From Octopus bimaculoides (taxonomy: Eukaryota): 32,146 nucleotides of DNA. The translations under genes were made by a program, and so were the position numbers. Location: positions 50,051,310 to 50,083,455 of the forward strand of contig NC_068991.1 of the NCBI RefSeq assembly GCF_001194135.2, given 5' to 3'. The notes beneath the pieces are model-generated. The model was not told the DNA's origin. It saw only the letters and a list, made by a program, of their open reading frames with translations, and made no database searches. Positions 22,561 to 32,146 of this stretch are shown piece after piece (position 1 is the stretch's first letter; each line of letters starts with the position of its first letter).

Positions 22561-23215
22561 ATATCTGTTCAACACACAGTTTCACACCAGGAATCTTGCA
22601 ACACAAGTTCATAAACGTATAAATAGTGAATAATATTTTTAAAATAGTAAGATATTAACAGTAGGGAAAAGCCTGGAAAGTATATAACAGGTACAATATC
22701 CGGAGAAAGTATTAAAAAAAAAGGCTGTTGATGTGGGCACAGACGGAAAGACAAAGGAAAAAAGTAGAAGGGGAAATAATTTGCAGTTAAACACCGAAGG
22801 AAAACAATTTTTTAAACGTAGGAAGAAAAATAAACAAAACAAAAATATATAGAAGTAATAAGAATTAAAAAATAATAAAAGACGCACAAGTGAAGAGTCA
22901 GTAAGGGTTCATGGCACTTGCCACATATGGACTGGGGGAGCATAAAGAAAGGTCTTATTAATCAAAATCATTTTTGAAAAAATAGTATGTTATACAGTCG
23001 GAGAGGATCTGAAGAGATTGAAGTGGCAAGATCCTGTGATAAATTCCAGAGGTGAAATAGGCAGCGGAGAAACGGATGCAAACAGGATCAACACGTGGTG
23101 GATGCGGTGGTGCGTGGAGAGTGACGCGAGGGAAAATAACAAGGAAGAGATTGAAAAGTGAGTACATGTATGTATGTATGTATGTATGTATGTATGTATG
23201 TATGTATGTATACAC

Positions 23216-23795
23216 ACTGGTTACGGAGAAGAAGCGACGAGCAAATTTCATATCTGCGTATTTTCTGTTTTTCATTTGTCGAGCTTTTTGATTTTCCGAT
23301 AGCATGCAAATGGTTGCAGGCAGTTTTCTACCTAACTTGAAGTTCTTTTGCCAGGTTTCGAGTGGTTTTACGTGGATCTTTCTCAATGACAGTCTTTAAT
23401 TGACCGTCATCGATGACATGGGCGTCCACTACGCTCACGATTTTCAAGGCTCAGGTCTCCACTGGGAAATCGTTTAAACCATTTTCGAGCTGATCACTCA
23501 CTGATCATTTCCTCACCAAACGTTTTGTATCGTGAGCAATTTCAGCTGTTTATGTCCTTTTTTGAAGTTGAATAGCAAAATTGCTCGAATATCGCGCCTT
23601 GACAGTTCTATTTCAGATGACTGTAACAACGGTGAAAAAATATCAACGTTAATTTATTGATGCATTTGGAAAAGTCTATGTCTGTATTATCAGACAATTG
23701 CAAAAAAATGTTTAAAAAAAATTCAAAACTCTGCAAAAATCCGACACAATTTCTTCATGGTTCAAAACGTTGCTTACTTTTTACTCAATCTGATA
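23216..23795 (-). mobile_element. mariner 5' fragment (TIR plus HTH region), truncated at (TATG)n
   Basis: TIR-like TATCAGATTGAGTAAAAAGTAAGCAACGTTTTG on the minus strand. Translated pieces: ELSRRDIRAILLFNFKKG, ARKWFKRFPSGDLSLENRERSGRP, VIEKDPRKTTRNLAKEL, RRYEICSSLLLRNQ. The ATG is changed to ATA and the WVPHEL linker is deleted. Confidence 0.85.
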
Positions 23796-25531
23796 TATAA
23801 ATTCATGTACCGAGTACTTCTTCCCCACCTATGTAAATATTAACATGAAGTAACATGACAATATATAAGCAAAAAGTTTCAGAAAAGCATTAAAAAATTG
23901 ATTAGTTACCGAAATTTGATTGACTTCAAAAAAACATTACAAAATACGTCACATATTCCCCTATGCCATTGTAATACGCTGAACATCTATTCATCTATTT
24001 GGCATGCCAAATACGTAAAATATTTTCATGTTTTCAGTATCATATGTGTAAAGCATAAGAATGCAAGGACGTTTAACGTTGATGAATAATTGAAAATTAT
24101 GCAACCATCTTTCAGGGTACAGAAGATCCATTATGTTGGGAAGAAACTACTATAGCCAGTTGGGAGTTGACAATTTCTCAATCAATACCTATAGGAGTGT
24201 CACAAGAATTCACAAATTCCTACTTTATTTTCAAAACTGCAAAAGGCTGTAATACGATGCGATACTTAACGAAATAAAAATAAAAAACTGGTTTTATTAT
24301 TCTAGCGGATGTGTTATATAACAGACCATGATATTCGGGTCTATGTTCTACAATGGACTGCAATAATATTATATATGCTTGAAAATACTTTCTATTTTAC
24401 GATAATTCTTTATGAATTAAACAATGGCCAGTGGGTGTCTGACATTGGTTTGAGAAATTGAGTTTAGTCCTTTGGATTGTCTACAAGATTTTTGGTAAAT
24501 TGTTAGGTATAGTTCTTCGCCTATCTATAGAGGTTTATGTTCGAAGTATGTAAATAGGTACGAAACACAGTGTATCGTTGTGAAAATTGCTTCGTTTGTT
24601 TTGCAATGTTGTGTTAAAATATTCCACAACTGTACAACTGCCATTATAGTCAAATTGACGCCGAAAAACGGTTTGAAGGAATCGTTTCCAGTAGCTGAGT
24701 TTTTAATCTGGAAGTTCATAAATCTTACATAAAGATTGTTTGACTGTTGTCCTGCTATATTTCTTTGTGATATATTTGTTTTAAACTGTTTCTTAAGATT
24801 TGTTGCATATGAATAAAGTTCGATTTTCTTCTGTGTAAACTTACGAAAACAAGTTGGCTGAGAAATTATTTTCTGCTTTTTAAAAGATGGTATTGGGAAG
24901 TGCTGACTTGAGGCTAAACAATAACTTAGACGAGCACCTCAGGCACGATATAAATACTCGGTTTAGATTAGGGATATAGCCACTTTGTTTTGCTTCTCTT
25001 TGTTACTAATGATAGAAGAGACAAGTAATGAACGTCACAACATCTTGTCATGTCTTAATTAGATTTCACTCCCATATCAACGGAATATTTACACATTGTT
25101 TGTTTAGAATGCAGCGTAACGAAAATTCTTCTCGGTCCTAATAAATATATGATATATGAAGCGTTTTATTTTACAAATTATATGCATATAAGGAATTCCA
25201 GTTGAAAAACGAAACAATAAATTATATCAAGGTATATGAGATCTGTCAAATATAGAGAGAAAGCTCGAAATATTCATAACACATGGAGAATAATGATAAA
25301 TTATTTAGCATCGTATAGGTTCTATTATACTGTATTCAGTGATATCATGGTGAGATATTAAAGATTACTGACATACATTGTTGCTGTTCAAAATGCAGGA
25401 TCAATGAGATCACCTGGGAAACTGAAATAATGTCATTGTGACTGAAGATTTATTTTAATTTAGAATGACTGACTGAAAGCACAAGGAATAAAGAATAAAC
25501 AAAACAAAATATAGATAGCTTTCCCCATGTA

Positions 25532-25581
<50 letters not shown>

Positions 25582-25585
<4 letters not shown>

Positions 25586-26851
25586 GTCATCCCATAAGTT
25601 CTGTCCGAATTTTGAATAAAGAAAACAAGTGATCAAATGTTATTTAATTAAAATTTAATAATCAATGTACTTCCCCAGATTATCTATGACTTCCTTCCAT
25701 CTATTTACAAGCTTTTTAATCCCATCAATGTAAAATTCTTTTGGCTTTAAAGCGAAGAACTCTGAAATGTCAGTTTCGACCTCTTCCTGGCCTGCGAAAG
25801 TTATGTCCCTCAAATGATTCTGTAAACTACAAAACAAATGGTAGTCTGAAGGGGCAAGGTCGGGAGAATAAGGTGGATGAGGAATTTCTTCCCAACCAAG
25901 CTCTTCGATCTTCTGTGATGTGATTTTTGTAGTGTGGGGTAGCGCACCACTCCTTTTCGATTCACTAATGCGGGTCTTTTTTTCTTCAAAGTTGGTTCAA
26001 ACGCTCTAATTGCTAACAGTAGACTTGAGATTTGATTGTTGCATCAGGTAGTAACAATTCAAAGTGAATTATTCTTTTGAAATCCCACCAGATAGAGAGA
26101 AGAACCTTTTTTCCATGAAGTTCCCTTCCCGGTGGTGGTTGAGCCTTTTCCCTTTTACCAAGCCACTGTTTACGACGTTTAACATTTCGATAGAAGATCC
26201 ATTTTTCGTCACCAGTCACAAGTCTATCCAAAAAGGGTGAAATGAGTTCCCGAGAATGGAGAGAAGAGCAGATGTCAACTCGGGATTTGTGGTTGTTTTC
26301 AGACAATTCATGAGGAACCTATTTTCCAAGTTTAGGAACCTTTCCAAGTTGTTGAAGATGACGATGAACAGTTGTATGGTTTGAACTAAGCTTTATTGCC
26401 AATTCTTGAACTGATAATTCAGGATTTTCTTCAAGTAATGCCTCAAGGAATTTATAATCAAACTCAACTGGACGTCCAGTTCGATCTTCATCTTCAAGGC
26501 TGAAATCTCCACTTCTGAAATTTGCAAACCATCTTCTGCAAGTTCTTTCATCCAAGCATTCTTTCCCATAAACTGAGTATATGTTTCGAGTCGCTTCGAC
26601 TGCAGAGTTTCCTTTTTTTGTACTCATAAAGCATTATGTGCCTCAAATGCTCTTTGGATACTTCCATGTTAGAAAGGGTTTTAATCAAAGAAATTTTAAT
26701 TCTATTATTCTGTAAAATAACATTTAATTAGTTTAAATGTACAAAAATGCATAAAAATAATTTTAAATTCCATTAGACATTCTGAAATACTATTAAATTC
26801 CACTCAATTTTAAAAAAGGTAAAATCGGACAGAACTTATGGGATGACCTGA
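25582..26851 (-). mobile_element. full-length mariner element with perfect 27-bp TIRs and TA target-site duplication
   Basis: TCAGGTCATCCCATAAGTTCTGTCCGA at 25582-25608 and inverted at 26825-26851. TA lies on both sides. Length is 1270 bp. Confidence 0.95.
25655..26667 (-). pseudogene. mariner (DD34D-type) transposase pseudogene
   Basis: MEVSKEHLRHIMLYEYKK, RWFANFRSGDFSLED, *VPHEL, LVTGDEKWIFY, PPYSPDLAPSDYHLF, ending GKYIDY*. Contains stops and frameshifts, and a deletion removes the FHQDN-type motif carrying the second catalytic Asp. Confidence 0.93.
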
Positions 26852-26937
26852 TATATATAACAATTGCAGCGTGGAGGGTGTTTATAAGCTATTTAAAATA
26901 CAAAAACCGTTAGATTCACTTCAACATTTAAATTTAA

Positions 26938-26988
26938 TTTGTCAAAATATTTTCGTCGCTTTGAGACCGCGACCTGTTCACTGACAAA
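26938..26988 (-). ncRNA. candidate minimal type I hammerhead ribozyme with a G3-C8 core variant
   Basis: The minus strand reads UUUGUCA-GUGAACA-G-GUCGC(GGUCUCAAA)GCGAC-GAAA-AUAU-UU-UGACAAA: 7-bp helix I, 5-bp helix II, 1-bp helix III with palindromic AUAU loop. Confidence 0.55.
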
Positions 26989-27071
26989 ATTCCGTGCAGC
27001 ACGGAATTGCGAGACTGAAACCGATAGATTACACAGAATTGAGGCAGAAATTATTGTGGTGTAATTCTAAA

Positions 27072-27158
27072 TGACAACGACAACGACGACGACGACGGCC
27101 ACCACCACCACTACCACCGCCGCTGCTGCTGCAGCCGTCGCCGTCGCCACCACCACCA
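27072..27158. repeat. compound trinucleotide repeat (GAC/CAC/GCT/GTC)
   Basis: Direct reading. Confidence 0.9.
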
Positions 27159-27369
27159 AGAGGAATACCAAGACAGTTTCTGTTTCTTCTCACGGTACAT
27201 CGACATAAATCTTTATCGCTTTTATTTCCGCCCAACTATAGACATCTAATAAACAAACTCATTTATTAACGTTCATGAGAAGTCACAACCAATTTCTTGA
27301 AGTTGCATACTTACAATAGGCAAATATATCTTCACAAACTTCTAACCCTCTTTAATGCTGAAGCTACCA

Positions 27370-27560
27370 AAGGCGGTGAGCTGGCAGAATCGTTAGCACA
27401 CCGGGCAAAATGCTTAGTGGCTTTTCTAAGTTCAAATTTCGCCGAGGTCAATTCTGTCTTTCATCCTTTCAGGGGTCAATAAAATAAGTATCACTTGAGT
27501 ACTGGCGGGGTCGGCGTAATCAACTTAATCCCTTTCTCTGAACTTGCTGGCCTAGTACCT
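27370..27560 (+). mobile_element. tRNA-derived SINE family C
   Basis: Head GGCGGTGAGCTGGCAGAATCGTTAG, B-box-like AGTTCAAATT, and central CTTTCATCCTTTCAGGGGTCAATAAAATAAGTA, all matching 30213-30418 and 30911-31103. Confidence 0.85.
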
Positions 27561-28393
27561 GTAATGATTAGTTCTTCGCTGCAGTCGAGGGTCACCAACT
27601 GTAACAGTTATTGTTAAAGTGGAATCAGTGTAACGGTTGGTATTATGATATATGTTGGAGTTGGCAGTTAGCGATTGTAACGAGTGTTGCTGTTGCAAAT
27701 ATGCAAGATGGAAGAAGAACAGTGATCGAAGTTGTAAAGAAATATTTATTTACCGTTACTTTGTATATATCCAAAACCACGACGGGTTGGTACAATTAAT
27801 TAGTAAATGGAAAGGCATGCGAGGTAAAAAGAGTTAATTTCGGCCTGTATGTATGTAACGTTCTTATTGCAGTAGTAAACCATAGATAGTGATAGCATGA
27901 TGTTGTAAGAGGAAAGAAAGTGAGCTAGTGAAAGTTATAGAGGCGAGGGTAATTGTGTCTCATAGTTGGCTGATTGTAACCTTCTTTCTCCCTCTGGCAG
28001 TTTGTCTTTAGTGGCTGCCAGCTTGTGGCCATGACTCTAGTTAGTCTCTGTTCACTAACTGATGGTCGCTCTCTCTAACTGATTTCTTTTATTCGGCACA
28101 CAGGCCATGACACAGAGTGGACAACACACGGACAAAACAAATAACATTTAGGGGCTGGGGTTATACATTAGTTAAAAAATCGAATATTATGAAATCGGAT
28201 GAATTTACACTGTACAATGAAATCGAAATGAATTAAAAAATTACACGATGATAACATAAATTGTGAAAGAAAGAAGTAATGAGCACAAAACCGGCTTTGG
28301 AATGTCTTAATTCTAAACACATCATTAAACAATTCTAACGTTCTTTAGAAGAGGAACAATAGTAACCCGCGTTAAGAAATATTTTTTTCTGCT

Positions 28394-28517
28394 CTAGGCA
28401 CAAGGCTCGAAATTTTGGGGGAGGGGGGAAGTTGATTAGCTCGACCCCAGTACGCAACTGGTACTTAATTTATCGACCCTGAAAGGATGAAAGGCAACGT
28501 CGTCCTCGGCGGAATTC
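28394..28517 (-). mobile_element. SINE family C, 5'-truncated
   Basis: The reverse complement matches the central and 3' parts of 30270-30410. Confidence 0.8.
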
Positions 28518-29591
28518 GCTTTAAGAAATATTACTCTGGAAAAATATAAAAGGAAGGTAATAAGATTTGAACTTACAACGGATTTTCATTCAATAGACAC
28601 TAAATCGATCTTCCCCCCCCCCATACGCTTCTCAACGTCTAATTTTAACTAGCCAGACGGAGGTAGAGACACTGTAGACAACCTCGAAAGCAAGAATATT
28701 AGCAAAGCTTCTTTATCAATATATCTATACCGATGCAGTATATTTATAAATAGTGTGTTTGCTTCTACCCTCTATCTATTACACCACCTTTTAACCTCCC
28801 AATGATAAATATTTTAGAATCTTCTTTCTCTTTTCCTAAACAATAGTGGTCGAAAATTAAACGTCTTCCAAATTTTGAAAATTTATTAAATTAGATCTCT
28901 CTGACTTGTTATATAACATGAATTTCGCAGAAATCTTTGTCTCTTTCTTGTCAGGTAGCAATGTGTTTGGTTATAAATTGTTTTGTTTGTTCGCCTGTCT
29001 GTTAGTTGTTGGTCTTCTTTGTCTTTTATCATGCCAAACTAACATCAACGCATCAATCTCCAGTCGGATGCATGTCATCTAAGCAACATTAAATCAATAA
29101 CCATTCCTTCCTCATCTTCTCAACAGCCATTCCTCATTCTCTTTTGTTTGTGAAACTAATCCCAAACATTACATTTACATCCAGTCTTTTTTATTTTTTT
29201 ATTTCATCAGCTTAAAGTAAATAATGTTGATAAGCCAATCGAATAATAGCGGTGGGTTAATTTTAGTTGCAACAATTTAATAAATGTAAACATATTGATT
29301 TGATATATTTTGAGTTGCAGGATATGGTTTAAAATGAAAACACAAACAAAAATTTTATTGCTAAAAACAAACAAATGCAAACGTTTTATTGTTCAAAATT
29401 GAATACGAAATAGTAACAACAGAGTTCGTTTGTTAAGCATACTGGCGGCTTGTCTGTCAGTACGACGAACTGCATGCAGTACCCCCTTTTTTTTTTACCC
29501 AATATATATGCATATATATATATATACATATATATATATACATATATATANNNNNNNNNNACCCCCTTTTTTTTTTACCCAATATATATGC

Positions 29592-29624
<33 letters not shown>

Positions 29625-29688
29625 ATATGTATGTGTGTGTGTGTGTAATATATGATATCTCTCTCTATATATACTTGTACATATACTT

Positions 29689-29764
29689 GGTTTCAAATAT
29701 TTGCACAAGGCCAGCAATTTCAGAAGAGCAGGTCAGTCGATTGCATAGACCCCAGTGCTCAACT
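29689..29764 (-). mobile_element. SINE family C, 3' fragment
   Basis: The reverse complement AGTTGAGCACTGGGGTCTATGCAATCGAC..ATTGCTGGCCTTGTGCAAATATTTGAAACC matches the 3' end of the other copies. Confidence 0.7.
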
Positions 29765-30212
29765 ATTTCCAATAATCCTTGAACTCAATTTAGCACAAAC
29801 ACTCGCGTACGCCTTCTCTCATACTGCACGCACAAACACTCATACGCTCACACATTAATGGCGAACTGAGAAGTGGTAATTAAAATAAAGTTGTGTACAT
29901 CTCCATTTAACTTGATTCTGTACACTAAAACGTGTAAAGGCCTTGATAGCGTAAAAGGACTCTGAAGAGAAATTCTCCATAAAGACATTGTTTGTACACA
30001 TTGTAAGCTGAGTCACTGAGCCACCGAGTCACCGAGTCGTCGGACTGTTAGCCAAGTATTTCTACGTTTCATCAGTTGCAGACACCTAATCAATTGCTCA
30101 TAACCCACCAAGGAATTGTCATTCTTATATGAAAACTGTAGAGAAACAAATATTCAATACAACTTTATTTTAAACTACGTTAGTGTGTCTTTAATATACA
30201 TAAATATAAAAC

Positions 30213-30418
30213 AGCGAGCTAGCAGAATCGTTAGTACGCCGGGCAAAATGTTTAGTGGCATTTCGTCCGACTTTACGTTGAGTTCAAATTCCGCTGAGGT
30301 TGACTTTGCCTTTCAACCTTTCGGGGTCGATAAAGTAAGTACCAGTTCGACACTGGGGTCGATGTAGTCGACTTCCCCCTCTCCTGAAATTACTGGCCTT
30401 GTGCCAAAATTCGAAACC
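30213..30418 (+). mobile_element. SINE family C, full length
   Basis: A-box-like GAGCTAGCAGAATCGTTAG and B box GAGTTCAAATTCC; ends GGCCTTGTGCCAAAATTCGAAACC. Confidence 0.88.
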
Positions 30419-30471
30419 AATATATTGAATACATACATGCACATATACGTACATATATAGATTTATATAAA

Positions 30472-30514
30472 ACTACTACTACTACTACCACTACTACGGC
30501 TGCTGCTGCTACTG

Positions 30515-30547
<33 letters not shown>
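30472..30547. repeat. (CTA)n/(CTG)n compound repeat
   Basis: Direct reading. Confidence 0.9.
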
Positions 30548-30910
30548 TTTTGAAGTCTTTTCAACTAAAATATAGAATTAAGTCTCAGTTTTAACAAGTT
30601 GAGCATTTTACTAGTTTTTGGTCTTAATTTTTTAAAATCATTTGAATTGAATAAATAATTAAATTTTGAGAATTTAGCATATTTAAAACTATCTGACTAT
30701 TTCTGAGTAATTTTATCAAGAAAACCTATTTGTCCAGTTCGAGTTGTGATAACATCATAATTGCAGTCATAGCAGTTCTATTGATATCACGAGGCGACAA
30801 CTACAGTCATAGTAAAAAAGCATGACCATCACTACAACAATAGCAATCCCATGAAATGGTTTGTTCGCAACTACAATTATGTAATATATTTCATTTGAGC
30901 TTTTTTCATT

Positions 30911-31103
30911 GAGCTGACAGAATCGTTACCATGCCGGACAAAATGCTTAGAGACGTGTCGTCCATCTTTACGCCCTCAGTTCAAATTCCACCATGCCTTT
31001 CGTCCTTTCTGGGTCGATAAAATTACCCGTTCAGCACTGAAGTCGATGTAATTGACTTACCAGCTTACTTAAGATTGCTGGCCTCGTGCCAAAAATTGAA
31101 ACC
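30911..31103 (+). mobile_element. SINE family C, diverged
   Basis: Same head, centre and 3' end as 30213-30418, with internal deletions. Confidence 0.8.
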
Positions 31104-31964
31104 TATATGTTTTATCTTAGTTTCATATGTCTTAGTTAAGATGTTAGTCTATCTGTGATTATTAAAAATCAGTCAGAAATGATAAGGTGTTTTTTTGTTT
31201 TATTCTTTAACTTTTTTTTGTTGGTTATAGGCTTAACATGGTACTCCACCAATTGGCGTTTAACGGAATTCCCTCTGTTTGAACTATTTATATCAGACCT
31301 TCTGCCCTCCCACTCCCTCACTCAGACAGTTTACCTATAGACATTGATCTTGTTGGCTATCAACCGCATCATTTGCATCCGTTTGAGAAGTTCTGTAAAC
31401 CTTTTAGTATAAATGTCTTTTATTCTTCTACGTTAACGTAGATTCGTTAAGAATCTTATAGGCTTCTTTACATTTTAAAGTTTGCATCTTGTGAAGTAGA
31501 GAGTACTATTAGGTGCCTGGAAAACAAGAATTACGCAGAAATGAAGAAATGAAATGCATGTCACTTTATTTTCCTTCTCTTCAAACATGAAAAACTACTG
31601 CTTGATAGTTATAACACAACACTGATATTACAACACTATCCATCAAGTGTGGATATGACAGCCCAACATAATGTTTGATACTATCTCTTAATAGAAGCTT
31701 CTTTTTCTCGCAAATGATATCTCTGTTATTCTGGGAAACCGTTTATTGAAATCAGCACTATGAAGACATATGCAAGGCATTTTGAATTTGTTTTGTATAT
31801 ATATATATATATATTCATATATTTGCATATATTTTTAATGGGTATAATGACAAAATGTAAGCGTTTCTTTTGCACTTATCTACATTTACATGTTTGAACC
31901 TTGCATGTATTTTTACATATAACCCAGAGTGCGGGAATGCTTGTTAACGCATTATAATACGTTT

Positions 31965-32036
<72 letters not shown>

Positions 32037-32146
32037 GCACGTATGCAAATATACATGCTTGTTTGTGATAAAAGCTATTATCGTTGTTTTTATACATTTC
32101 TTTCTTAAAGAAAATCTTTTCTGTATTTTATCTCGATATCTTTGCA

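Noticed and set aside
27849-28145. Possible solo LTR (TGTAAC...ATAACA, minus-strand AATAAA)
   Set aside because: No target-site duplication, PBS/PPT or second copy is visible.
29481-29625. Direct duplication of about 65 bp on both sides of a 10-N gap
   Set aside because: Typical unmerged contig overlap, so an assembly artefact rather than biology.
31335-31516. Minus-strand exon-like segment with a good acceptor (TTGTTTTCCAG) and donor (AG|GTAAAC)
   Set aside because: All three frames contain stops and need a frameshift to be open. No recognisable protein and no partner exons.
1-32146. CRISPR arrays, tRNA or rRNA genes, prokaryotic operons
   Set aside because: None seen. The tRNA-like A/B boxes all belong to SINE heads and lack complete cloverleafs.

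Overview
AT-rich, microsatellite-dense eukaryotic genomic DNA with four assembly gaps. The repeat content is most consistent with an octopus (coleoid cephalopod) genome; this is inferred from the SINE families and repeat density, not proven. No intact host protein-coding gene can be supported. The window is a transposable-element graveyard. It holds three IS630-Tc1-mariner lineages: a DD37D maT element, a near-complete DD41D rosa element nested inside a SINE, and DD34D-type mariners (one full-length, two fragments). It also holds a CR1/L2-like LINE 3' end whose tail is shared with a SINE family, about 12 tRNA-derived SINE copies built from swappable modules, and weaker non-LTR remnants. The most notable signal is RNA-structural: two unrelated loci (22408-22452 + and 26938-26988 -) fit a minimal type I hammerhead ribozyme of the kind known from Penelope-like elements. 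One has the canonical C3-G8 core (CUGAAGA) and the other a compensatory G3-C8 swap (GUGAACA), and helix II also covaries. The first sits in a 430-bp loopless palindrome. A separate duplicated 138-bp, pseudoknot-prone motif at 8356-8769 is a further structured-RNA candidate. All ribozyme calls are by-eye fits and untested.
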